NCBI GenBank assembly: GCA_043228905.1
Contig: JBHGNT010000008.1
Span: 5,952,001-6,016,000 of the forward strand
Direction: 5' to 3'
Length of the DNA: 64,000 bases
Origin: Azolla caroliniana
Taxonomy: Eukaryota; Plantae; Polypodiophyta
Made by a program: the position numbers and the translations under genes. Positions 1-11,880 of this stretch are shown one piece after another (the first letter of the stretch is position 1; every line of letters starts with the position of its first letter). The notes below the pieces were generated by a model. That model saw only the letters and a list, made by a program, of their open reading frames with translations, was not told where the DNA came from and did not search any database.

Positions 1-359
1 CGTCTATTAGACGAAGACGAGCTCGAGGTTGTTGCCTCTAAGTCTCCTTGTATTCCTCTCCATATATGGGCTCGTGTGGTTTTTCCCGATTCTAGTTTTC
101 CACGTAAGCATCTGGTCTTTGTTTTTTTGTACTTTTGTTCTGTGGTTGTCTGGGCACTATCATTCACGATCTTTGCACCTCCATACAAATACGTGATAAT
201 CGGTTTTGGCCGGTCGATTCTCAACAAGTGTGCATGTGTTCACATACGTATCTACTCACACTCACAATTACACTTGTGCACATTTACACATATACATCAA
301 CACTTTACTCTTTCACCCTCACTTGTCATTCTAAAATCTCCGTACATCTCATACGATAA

Positions 360-1010
360 CAATATCCGATTCGACTCTCTGCCCTCTAGAGAACATAGCG
401 GTCCCAACGTCATTTGTTTCGAGGATAAACATCCTCCCTTCTCAGCGCCCTTGCACAATAATCCGGCCTTCTTTCTCTATGAAACACCCGAGGTGAGTAA
501 ATCGAACTTGCATGCCCTAGTCGACAATTTGCTCGACCGACACCAAGTTCTTGGTGATTGTCGACACATGCAAGGCATTTCTCATGATTTCCCTCTGACC
601 GACATGGCTTAGAGGGACATCTCTGATATGTTCGATGGGGTGAAGGGTATCATCGTCGGTTTTGACGACCCTTAGTTGTTCTGACTTCTCTAGTGTCAAG
701 AACCACTCCTTGTGATTCGTCATATGGTTTGATGCTCCGGAATCCACGCACCACACCTCATTCGACTTCGAGGTGCTCACCGCCATTGAGTTCGATCTTT
801 AACACTTATCTGCGTCCCCTCGGCTCGATCTGGCTCAATCCGAATCGGCTCGCTTCTTCCAGCACACACTCTCTCTGTGTCCCTTTCGGCCATAGTACCG
901 GCAGTCCGTTGCGGTCTTACTTTGCCAGCTTCTGGCGCCGCCTTGACTCCCCCTACTCGTGGAGGGTCCGGAGCTATGTGGGCATTTCGATTATTCGTCG
1001 TGTTCTGCTC
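360..1010 (-). mobile_element. Ty1/copia gag-protease remnant
   Basis: ORF 517-786(-) reads WCVDSGASNHMT...KNLVSVEQIVD (copia protease). It is closely similar to the + strand copy at 12700-13130. Confidence 0.85.
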
Positions 1011-1351
1011 CTGTATAATATCCCATGACCATATAATATCCCATGGTGAGAATTTACCGTAGTATTCTATACACGTGGATAAAGTGTGAGGGTTAAACGA
1101 GAGTGTAAAGAAGAGGAGGATTACTTTTAAGCCTCGGGATTGACACAACCCATTAGGCCAAGTGTGAACTTGCCTGGGGGCCTTAGGTCTGGCTATAAAT
1201 ATGAGGCTTACCTACCCTGATTTGACACATTATCGACTACATCGAGACTCTGGTGGTGTGGTGGGTCAACTCTTGTAGCAAGCGTGCCAGCCCCAGGTAC
1301 GACTCGACGCCATGGTGGTGGTATGGGACGTCGATCGAGGCTCCAGTCCGT

Positions 1352-2697
1352 TGTCGTGATGTGGCGTGCCCAAGTGTGGGAAAAACCGGCGAAAGGGGGT
1401 TAAAATGTGTATGTGCAATGTGTGCACACAAAGGCATTTAATTGTGCACATGCAAAAGAAAAAGGGAAAAGGAAGGGTGCAAAGGAGGTATAGAAACTCG
1501 TGTAAAAGAGAGAGGAGAGATGAAAAGTAGAGAAGAGACAAGTTGTGGTTTCTAGACATAGGATTATATTACATATAATAGAGAGTTAATGGGCTACTGG
1601 ATAGACATATTGATTCTTAGCTAAAGGTGCACGGTTCAAATCTAGCTTGATAATGTAACGAGGTTTAAGGAATTTTATTCCTTTTACATTGAAGATGATG
1701 TGGCAAACCCCCTTTATTTTTTCCATAAAAGGAGGTCGAGGGGGGGCTCATGGGTAGGCAATTTTTGGGTTCTGGAGGTAGACCTTTAGGGTTTTGAGGT
1801 TCTTCTTCTTCTCTTTGATTTCTAGGGTTTTGATTTTAGGGTTTTCTTGTTTTTTTTCTTTTCTTCTACTTTCTATTGGGTTTAGAGCTAATGAGTTCTT
1901 TCTCATCTTCTTCTAGCTAGAGTTGAGGGTTTTGATACTTCTTCCTCTTCTTAGTCATTCGGAGGTTCTTATGGGTTTTTGATCTCTCTCACACACTCTC
2001 ATCTTTGAGGTGTGTCAGTGGCCTTGTGTTGGTGTTGGCGCTCGAGGTGCTCAGGTCGTTTGTGGAGCCCGTGAGCCCGAGTCTCGTTGGTTCGGTGTTG
2101 TTGAGCCCCTGTTCGTCGTTGCAAGTCCGTGAGCTCACCGTTCGCATGGTCCAAGGTTTACGGTGTTGGTGTGGTCGGTTCTCGTGGTACATGGTTCTCG
2201 GTTCGTGTGGTGTCCGGTGGTGTGCTCGTGCCCCCATTGTATTCAAGGTTATGCTTGGTGTGCTCGTGTTTGGTGGTCATCGTCGTCACGAATTCCCATC
2301 TCCGTCCCTCTCTATTGTACCACTTTTGTTTATCTAGCATAGTCAAGACTCGCCTAAGCGCCATCGTTGTAAATCTATTGAGGCTTTGAGCCTTATATAA
2401 AGAAATTGTTTTGGTATAGACTATGGTGCCTAGATCTCAACTCCTTTTGTTCTCGTTGTGTCAAATGTCAAGTCATCCATTTTTGTGTTCGGAAGTATTC
2501 TCATCGAAGTCCTAGAGTCGCCAAGCCATCAATGTTTTGTGTTTGTATGGGAATTGTCGGTCGTGAACCCACACAGTAAAGGGGTTGAAACCGAACTCGA
2601 CGGTGTAAGCTCCTTCTTTTTCCCTTCTTTTACTCCCTAGTTCAAGACCCCGGTGGTCCCACCCGGATCCTACACGCACGCGCAGATTTCCGCGACA
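1352..2697 (+). mobile_element. Solo LTR of a Ty3/gypsy-type family, 4-bp TSD CCGT
   Basis: Starts TGTCGTGA (1352) and ends CCGCGACA (2697), flanked on both sides by CCGT (1348-1351, 2698-2701). Its 3' end motif is shared with the LTRs ending at 9149, 11094(-) and 15088. Confidence 0.85.
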
Positions 2698-3673
2698 CCG
2701 TCTGGATCCCTTCGCTCGGGGGTGGTCGGGTGGATCGGCACCCTTCTTTCTCTCTTTCCTTTCTTATTGTCTATCTTTTATCCTTATCATATGCTTACAT
2801 TAGTAGATAAGCTCTAACGGTTGGTATCAATTTTTGTGAGAATGGCGTAGTCACCATCCCTTTTTCAGCAATCTCTTTTGTTGACATCCCCATTGGTCAC
2901 TTCGATTTCATTACGAAACGAAACGATCATAGCCAAAATGATGTTGAAAACGTAGGGCTTGACACACTTTATGTGAGGTCGCTCCTATGACACACATATC
3001 CAACATCCCTCCCTTATTACATGGATACGATGCCACCATGAGATCATTCTTACGAAAGGCATTCGTAATGACGTAACCATGTGATGGGCCACGTGGGCCT
3101 AGTACGAAACGATGGCTCATTTAGCTTGACTATTAGGTTGCACTTTGGCGTATGCCATTGTAATTATGAGACTTGAGGTTAGGTAACGTACCAACATAGT
3201 TTGTGGTAAACGAGGGGGAAATAAGGACTTTTGACATATATAATTCTTTAAAAAAGCATATACGGGCAAATGCCTCGCATATCTCTTATACGTTGTCGTG
3301 AAGATTTTCAGCAATAGTGTGAAAATCCCATAAAACGTACGAAATCGAGTATGAATCACGTAGTACAATAATTGTGAAGATAACATTTTAAATAGATTTA
3401 ATATCTAAGTACAAAATGATGGAGGTTTCGAATGCACTTTATTACACAAGAAACGGACAACTAAATGTCAAGATATGAGGGTATAAATTTTGTAAAAGGA
3501 AAGGAGAAAATTGTGAGATATCCCACATAGGCACGACAAATACAGCTCTCATCATATATAAGGTGGAGCAAAAGATATTATCTTTGTGTCTATGTGTGGA
3601 GCATAGAGAGTTCAAGGTAACGAATTGAAGAAACGGGGAGCCGAGCATACGAATTGAAGAAACGGTTCGGCCC

Positions 3674-4450
3674 ATGAAGGTTGGTGTCGAAGACCCCGCT
3701 CGGAGGACAAGGACCATACCTACCTATAAGCTAAGGTCGGACATAGAGCAGACGACAGACCTAAAGAAGATTCTCGAAGAACGAGTTCTTGATAGCCACG
3801 TAACTTTGTCCTTGAGGGAATTGCTTGGCATTACCAAGAAGGAGTTCCATGACACGATCGTGGACCTTGTAAAGAGAAAGAGACAACAATCGGACGAGGA
3901 AGAAGAGAAGCCGCAAAAAGCAAAAACGAATGCCATAACGATGGCAAGAGACGAAATCGATGAAGATATGGTGGACCGCCACTACACTCGACCTCATTGG
4001 GCACGAGCGACAATGGAGACGCCGGTGAAGATTGGGCAGAAGAAAGAGACCGTCATAGCCTTGATCGACCACGGCTCGGAGATCAACCTCATGTCAACCG
4101 ACTTCTACAGAAAGGGAAGATGGCCAATCAATACAAACCACGGATGGAAGATTCACGCGGCAACAAAGTCTACGGAGGACTTGTACGGAGCTTGTCCCAA
4201 TGTCAAAGTCACGATCGGGGATGTGGAGATGGATCAACACTTCTTCGTACAAGAATCGGTGTCGCATCCTGTCATCCTAGGGCAACCTTATATCACATCA
4301 TCTCGGATGGAGACCAGAGTGTTCGATAATGGAGCAGCCTTCGCACGAATAAAGAGTCTTGACAACCAAAGATCGGTCCAATTCCTAACAGTGCGAGCCA
4401 ATCATGAAAGGAATCGAGATAGTCTCGGAGGCGAATCCTCGGATTTTTAG
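3674..4450 (+). CDS. gag C-terminus plus aspartic protease of the gypsy element (5'-truncated)
   Basis: Protease motifs ALIDHGSEINLM and VILGQPY; the ORF ends at G GAT TTT TAG. Confidence 0.85.
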   Translation: MKVGVEDPARRTRTIPTYKLRSDIEQTTDLKKILEERVLDSHVTLSLRELLGITKKEFHDTIVDLVKRKRQQSDEEEEKPQKAKTNAITMARDEIDEDMVDRHYTRPHWARATMETPVKIGQKKETVIALIDHGSEINLMSTDFYRKGRWPINTNHGWKIHAATKSTEDLYGACPNVKVTIGDVEMDQHFFVQESVSHPVILGQPYITSSRMETRVFDNGAAFARIKSLDNQRSVQFLTVRANHERNRDSLGGESSDF

Positions 4451-7400
4451 AGCGGAATATTGAAACATGGGGCACAAATAGTCCGAGCAATCACAAGACC
4501 CCACAAGAAAGAAGAGTGTGTGGATTGCAAGGAGAAGCAACATGTGTCACACCTAGTGGCGCATGTAAACTAGTACTAACCGACAAGAAGCACAAGCACC
4601 GGATACAAGAATTCGAGAAGATGCTGAAAGAAGAGAACATAATAGAAGAAGGGGAGTTCGTGACTCATATTATGGAAGAAGCCTCATTTAACGACACCAT
4701 CGGCGAAATCGAGGACGTCGTGGACTTGAGCTATCTTCACAACCAATGCGTGATTTCGGTTAACTCCGTCAACATGTACGCTATCATCGATGAATACCGT
4801 CATGGCATCTCGATGAAGGAAGCTGACATCAACACGAAATATAAAACGGTGGATAAGAAGATCAAGCCAGTTGCGGTTCCGCTACCGGAAGATATGTGGC
4901 AAAAGATGAAGGAAGTCGCTAACGATCCAAGCTTAAGAGATCCGAAGAAGATAGGTCATGTCTTCACCAAAGAGACGAAGGGGAAGCTACGAGTTGGAAA
5001 GGAGAATTTCCTTCTCCCTGAAGAGGACCAAATGTTTCGCGATATGCTTGAGAGACATGGGAGGCTTTCGCATTCTTCCCACGAGAAATCGGATGCGCCG
5101 ACCCAAAGGTTATAGAGCCGATGGTGATCTTCACGGTGCCTCATGTGCCTTGGAACTTGAAACCGATACCGGTTCCGAGAGCACACCTTCCGAAGCTGAT
5201 CGAGCTCTTAAAGGAGAAGGTGAGTATGGGAATTCTAGAACCGTCGAATGCTCCTTATTCCAATAGGTGGTTCACGGTGCCGAAGAAGAATGGATCATTG
5301 CGATTCATCCAAGATCTTCAACCCGTCAACAAGGTGACAATTCGAAATGCCGGAATCGGTCCGAGCGTGGACGAATTTGCCGAAGCGTTTGCGAGCCGGT
5401 CCATCCACTCCATTGGCGATCTCTACTCCGGATATGACCAATTCCAATTGGCGATCGACAGTCGGGACATTACAACCATGAGGACTCCGATCGGGCTTGT
5501 GCGGATGTGTACCTTACCCCAAGGCGCAACAAACTCGGTGGCTCATATGGTGAATGCCATGAATAAAGTCTTGAAGGATTGCATTCCGGACATCACGATG
5601 CCATTCTTGGATGATATTCCGATAAAAGGATGTTTGGATGAGGAGAAAGATGAATCGAAAGATAAGGAAGGTTGTAGAAAGTTCGTTGCGGATCATATGA
5701 AAAATTGCGAGAAGGTGCTTCAAAGGCTCGAAGATGCGAATTTGACATTTTCGGGAGAAAAATCCGCATTCAGGCAACCGGAGATCTTGGTGGTAGGTCA
5801 CTTGTGTGGAGCATACGGCCGGAAGCCCTCGCCATCCAAAGTGAACGCAATCCAAGACATGAAAGAAGAATGCAAAAACCAAACGGAGGTTCGAAGGTTC
5901 CTTGGAGCGTGCGCGTTTTATCATATATGGATTCCTCACTACGCTCATGTCGCCGAACCGTTATATGGACTACTAAAGAAAAGAATAAAGTTCGAATGGC
6001 GAGACGAGCACACAGAGGCGATGCGAACATTAAAGAAACTGCTTCTTGAAGCTCCGGCACTAAGGAAGGCCGACTATGCCGAAGGGAAACCAATTTACGT
6101 GACCGTAGATACGAGCCCAACCGGAATCAGGTGGGTCATCAATCAAGAAGGTGAAGATAATGCGCGATATGCCGTCCGGTTCGGAGCAAAGGTTCTCAGC
6201 GAACGGCAACAAAGATATGCCCAAGTCAAGCGGGAACTTTGGGGTATTGTGTCAGCAGTGAAGACGGACAAAGATTACCTGATCGGGTCAGAAGTGATAA
6301 TAGAGACAAATTGTCTCCCAATTCTCGGAATGGTCTCGGGATGTGCGACCCCAGATCTTGCTATGCTAAGGTGGATCGCCTACATCAAGTCTTTAAACCC
6401 AGAGATCCGTCACATCGCAGGGAAGAAGAACGCCATGGCTGACATGCTGTCAAGGGCAAGATTTTCAAATGGAAGTAACATGGTTTCGGAAGATGAAGAT
6501 GTCGCCCTCGACTTCTTCAAGATGGCTCGATTGTCGGCGGAAGACCATGACACGCAAACCCTCCACGCCTTCAACGAGAACGAGTACGAAGGAGAATGGT
6601 TACTCATCGGTAGATTCCTAAGAACATTGACGACAGATGCTTCGTTAACAAAGGAGGAGGCCCTACGAATCTGAAAGAAAGCTTACCGATACTTCTTGAA
6701 GGGAGGATTCCTTTGGCGACATCCAAAAAGAAGGACAGGAATACCACGTCAAGTGGTGGTAAAGAAAGAAGAGCAAGAGACGCTGATGACCGAATTCCAC
6801 GAGAGTGCTTGGGCAGGTCATAGAGGAACATGGGCGACATTCGAAAAATTGAAGGAGAAGTACTGGTGGCCAAGCATGTACAAAGATGTACTCCATTTCG
6901 TGTCCACATGTGAAACTTGCCAAATATATTCAAATATATGTCATCGTGATGAGTTAAAGCCGACATACCCACTCACCATTCACTTCAAATGGATGGTGGA
7001 TCTGGTCTCGATGCCAATGGGAGTGGGACAAATGAAGTACTTAGCGCTGGCAAGGGAAGACTTGACAAATCAAGTGGAAGGACGAGCCTTGACAAATAAG
7101 ACGACTTCAGCCGTTTGTAAATTTTTACTTGAAGATGTTGTTTGCCGATATGGATGTGTATGGAAGATAGTGGCCGACCGAGGGGAGTTGGACACGCACG
7201 AAGCGACGGAGCTCTTCGAAAGACTAGGCGTGAAGCTCTCCCTCACGACTGCCTACAATCCGGAAGCAAATGGGAAGATCGAGCAAGGGCGTGGACCTAT
7301 CGTTAAAGCCATCGTACAGGCATGCAAGGGTCGAGTCGGGAATTTGCCACGACTATTACCCTATGCCTTGTGGGCCGATAGAACAACACATAGCTCGGTG

Positions 7401-7943
7401 ACAGGGTATATGCCAACGGAGCTTATGTATGGACAAAAGCCGATTATGCCCATCGAAAGGACGATCGCCTCATGGGTAGCGATACCGTGGGAGAACGAGA
7501 TGAGCCGAGAAGAGTTATTAGCGGCGCGGATAAGGCAACTTGAAAGAAGACCTGAAGATTTAGAAAAAGCGCGAAAGATGATGAAGGCAGCCCGAGTAAA
7601 GAACAAAGTTCGGTTCGACAACACGCATCGACTTCGTCCCAAGAAGATTGAAGAAGGGGATTGGGTTTTGGTTTACGACAGCACCCTTGACAATCACCAT
7701 AGTACAACAAGGAAGTTCGCAAGAAGATGGTTCAGGCCGTATGTGGTGACAAGTGCCAATGATAATGCCACATACCACCTTGCGGAACTAGACGGATCAA
7801 GGTTGGCCGTACCCATTGCGGGAAAAAGAGTAAAGATTTTCAAGAAAAGACAAGACAAGGATCCTGACCTCGATTACCTCGACGATGAACATAATAGGCC
7901 GGATGAAAATGAAGACATGGAGGAATCTAATTCATCATCGTAG
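4441..7943 (+). pseudogene. gypsy pol (RT-RNaseH-integrase), one frameshift near 5060 and one TGA at 6672
   Basis: RT motifs YDQF, LPQGATNS and FLDD; RNaseH VTVDTS...RELW...ADMLSR; integrase H-x5-H (HESAWAGH)...CETC, WMVDL, VADRG, NPEANG. Confidence 0.9.
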
Positions 7944-8367
7944 CTGAAATCTCACTTCTTCTCTTCTTGGCACGTACCAGAGGACGTGCGGTTTGGTGGG
8001 GGTGGATGTGGTGAAGATTTTCGGCAATAGTGTGAAAATCCCATAAAACGTACGAAATCGAGTATGAATCACGTAGTACAATAATTGTGAAGATAACATT
8101 TTAAATAGATTTAATATCTAAGTACAAAATGATGGAGGTTTCGAATGCACTTTATTACACGAGAAACGGACAACTAAATGTCAAGATATGAGGGTATAAA
8201 TTTTGTAAAAGGAAAGGAGAAAATTGTGAGATATCCCACATAGGCACGACAAATACAGCTCTCATCATATATAAGGTGGAGCAAAAGATATTATCTTTGT
8301 GTCTATGTGTGGAGCATAGAGAGTTCAAGGTAACTTAAATTAAGAGTGGAGGTGGGCTAGCTACTCG

Positions 8368-8580
8368 TAAAGGGGTTTTGGCCAACCAAAATCGGACCGG
8401 CGATGGAGCCGGTGATCCGGCGGCATCCGGCACCGGTATCCGGCGACATCCAGCACCGATAAAGGGGTTTTGGCCAACCAAAATCGGACCGGCGATGGAG
8501 CCGGTGATCCGGCGGCATCCGGCACCGGTATCCGGCGACGGCAACGGTAACCAACGGCATCCGGTGACGGTATCCGGCGA
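8368..8580. repeat. GC-rich tandem repeat (~92-bp unit x2 plus partial) inside the 3' LTR
   Basis: taaaggggttttggccaaccaaaatcggaccggcgatggagccggtgatccggcggcatccggcaccggtatccggcgac occurs at ~8368 and ~8460. Confidence 0.85.
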
Positions 8581-8629
8581 CTAAATAAATAAATATATAA
8601 ATAGATATACATATTTACATATACAAGGA

Positions 8630-8700
8630 GGGCAAGTAAGGATTCGAACCTTGCACCTCCAAGTTAGGAGTCAATTGGCTTACCATTAAGCCATGCTATT
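8630..8700 (-). other. tRNA(Arg)-like sequence embedded in the gypsy LTR (not a canonical tRNA gene)
   Basis: Reverse complement: TGGCTTAATGGTAAGC (A-box/D-arm), ATTGA-CTCCTAA-CTTGG (CCT loop), GCAAGGTTCGAATCCTT (B-box/T-arm). There is no good acceptor stem. Confidence 0.6.
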
Positions 8701-9423
8701 TACTTGAAATTATATTTCTATCATTGTACTTTTACATGTAAATTCTCATACATGAGAGCTAAAATGAGTGACATGGTTATCATGCACCACATGTAATACT
8801 TAAGTGCCAAATGGCAAACATGCAATTTATGCATGTCTTGTACCCTCACATGCATCATATGCATGAAAGCATCTATAAAAGAGGGAAGGGGGAGGAGAAA
8901 AAACACGGTTTTTTTTTATGAAAATTAAGAGGAAGAAATTCGTTATCAAATTGATCGTGTAACTTGTTTCTTAAATCTAAAGTTAAAAGTTCGATCAATC
9001 TCTCTCAATCGTGTAATCTCAACTTCTCTCTTTCCCAATCTATCTTAAGTACTATCTCGCCAAAGCTTGTATCGACTCTAAATCCTTCTGGTCCAGAACC
9101 CTGGCGATTCCGCCTCACGATCCGCGCGTAGTGACGGATCTTCACGACAACGCATAAAACATTAAACATTTAACACGGGCAACCTATTTGCTTAGCTCAA
9201 CTATTTAATGTGTTTGTTCTCGGGGTCTCGAGTTCAAATATGACCAAGACCATACAACGTTGTTGATACATATGACTATAACACATGTTTAGACTTTAGG
9301 TCTAAATGCACTTTGAGGTTCTCCTAATAGGACTTAAACAGCCGAAACCACATTCGTGGGCACAGAAACATAGTTTACTGTTAGCATTTTTTCGTGTATA
9401 AACTATTCATGACATGAACATAC

Positions 9424-11093
9424 ATGGTTGAGCCTCGGGGAGCTGCAATGGAGGAAGAGATACGGGCAATTGATGCCAACGACACATGGGACTTGGTTCA
9501 CCCTCCCCTACATTGCAAACCGATCGGTTGCAAGTGGGTGTGCAAGGTAAAGTATAATGCTAACAGTTTGGTCAACCGGTATACGGCCCGGTTAGTGGCC
9601 AAAGGATACGCGCAGACCCATAGAATCAACTACGACCAGACCTTCGCTCCGGTAGCGAAGATGACGACGGTTCGTGTGGTGCTAGCGGTTGCTGCAGCAA
9701 GGGGTTGTCATCTTCACCAAATGGATGTGAAGAATGCGTTTCTTCAAGGTGACCTTGAAGAACAGGTTTACATGAACCAACCCCCCGGATTTCAGTCAGA
9801 GATGAAAAGTCAAAAGTGTGCCGACTTTAGAAGTCGCTTTACGGCCTAAAGCAAGCCCCCCATGCTTGGAATTCGACGATCACACACCGGTTGCATAAGA
9901 TGGGGATTGCGGCCTTGAAGTCGGACCCTTCATTGTTCATCCAAAATGGTCTAGACGGTCCAGTATGTATCTTGTTATATGTAGATGATTTAGTCATCAC
10001 CGGACCCAGATTTGCTGAAATCGGCTGAGTGAAGTCCCAACTGTTAGACACATTTGAAATGAAGGACCTAGGGGACCTTCATTACTTCCTCAGGATCACT
10101 TCACCTGACGGCATATTGTTCTCTCAACGACATTATCTGTTGAATATGTTGTACATGTTCGACATGACGGACTGTCGACCAGTCGACTGGAACCTAAAGC
10201 TTCTTCCCAACTCCATATCGGCCTGCAATGAGAAATGGTTCCGACAAATTATCGGACACCTTATTTATTTGACAATCCTCCGACCCGACATTAGCTATCC
10301 AGTCGGGATGATAAGTCAAATTATGCAGGCACCAACCGCGGAGCACCTTTAGTGCGCGCACCGAATATTGAGGTATGTTAGCAGCACTAAGGACCAGGGA
10401 TTGTTATACCAACACGTTATAACCGAAACGCTAGTCGGATATACGGATGTCGATTGGGCTGGTGATGCGTCGGATCGTCGGTCCACTTCAGGTTATATGT
10501 TTTCCCTAGGTAGCGTGGTTGTTGCGTGGAGCAAAAAGAAGCAGTCAACAATGTCTCTATCGAGCACTGAGGCTAAATATCGGGGCGCTACCATTGCCAC
10601 CTGTGAAGCCATCTGGCTTCGCTGGCTATTGCAAGACCTCCAGATAGAAGTACCGACTCTAAACCCGATCTATTGCGACAACATAAGTAGCATGCAACTG
10701 ACCGAGTCGACTAAAGAAGTCGGCACATCCGAACAAGTCGGAACAAGCGGTGATGGCGGTAGAGTAAAGAAGGACAGTGCCGACCGAAAGGCCAAGACCG
10801 TGGTCCAATGTGGTAAAGGGCCTGAAAATTGAGGACGAATTGGAGACAACCAATTCGGACAAGAGCTGTAACAAATTGGAGTCACCCGATTCGGAAGCGG
10901 TGCTTGATTCGGAGGAGCCGGATCAATTGAAGGCCAAACCGATAAGGAGGCAGCAGAAGTCAACACCGACACAGAGGAATTGACGGGTCGAGACGTGCCA
11001 GAGTCGCAATGGAAAAGGAGCTGAGATAGGCCTTATGAGCAGACAAGCCAACCGCGAAGGTCAAGGTGTGTGGGACTGGACGGGTTGAGACGT
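9424..11093 (+). mobile_element. Ty1/copia RT-RNaseH fragment (decayed)
   Basis: [34 protein letters not shown] and IYCDN occur in broken frames. Confidence 0.9.
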
Positions 11094-11870
11094 TGTCGCG
11101 TTGCTACGCGCGTGCGTGGAGAAGGGCGGGACCACGAGGGTCTTGGACTAAGGAGTAGAGGAGAAGGAATCGGACATGGAATGGAAGCTTTGCTCAAGAA
11201 GAAGAAGAATGAACAAGAGATTAGATCGAACAAGAGGAAGATGGAGACAAGATTATCAACAAGATATATTAAAACGAAATGAACGATTACAAACGGTGGC
11301 CGCGTAGGCCGCACCAAACGACTACTCGAAACCCTAACCGACGAAGATGAAGAAAAGACAAAGAAACCCTAATGCTAACCCTAACGCTCGACCTATGTGG
11401 TATACCTCGCACACTCAAAATAGGCAACCCTCACAATGGTGCCTTCCCTCTCCTTTTATAGCACAAGGAGGGAAGACCGTTTACAAAAACGAGACTAAAA
11501 TATCCCCTTTCATTCAAAGGGGATATTTGCCTTGATTTGGGGGGGAGGGTAAGATTGATGGCCCCTTAACTCCCACCTCCTCACAAACAACTAGGTACCT
11601 ATGTACCGCATAGTACCTCTCTCTCTCTCGCGCGTGGATGTGCGCACAAGACCACATCGCCTTTATACCTTAGGGATCTTATGGGGCATTTCTAGCACCA
11701 TACCCTTTACCCCTATTATTATTACAAATACATTATATACGTGTGCAACGTTGCGCATTGCTCTTTTGCTCTCATTGCTCGGGTTTCCGCTTGTGGACGA
11801 AAATCTTCACGACATCCGCCCCCACCTAACCGCACATCCACCGGTATGTGCCAAAACATAGGGGAGAGAA
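11094..11870 (-). mobile_element. 3' LTR (11094-11814) plus PPT of a related gypsy element, antisense
   Basis: The minus strand reads ...gtgcggttaggtgggggcgga-TGTCGTGAAGATTTTC...GCGCGTAGCAACGCGACA then ACGT, homologous to 7967-8025 and 9080-9149. Confidence 0.8.
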
Positions 11871-11880
11871 CACGAGATTC

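Larger units (their letters stand above)
3294..9149 (+). mobile_element. Ty3/gypsy LTR retrotransposon, recent; part of 5' LTR, PBS and most of gag deleted
   Basis: The 5' LTR remnant 3294-3621 matches 8007-8334 (about 3 mismatches in 328 bp). The 3' LTR 8007-9149 runs TGTGGTGAAGA...TCTTCACGACA, with a G-rich PPT at 7995-8006 and flanks ACGT/ACGC. Domain order is PR-RT-RNaseH-INT. Confidence 0.95.

Noticed and set aside
1010-2830. Older host LTR around the solo LTR, with TGGTATCA (PBS-Met-like) at 2822
   Set aside because: Plausible, but the boundaries are unclear and the PBS match is only 8 nt.
8630-8700. Functional tRNA gene (also 1583-1650, 13428-13495, 44895-44965)
   Set aside because: Acceptor and anticodon stems do not pair properly; treated as tRNA-derived modules.
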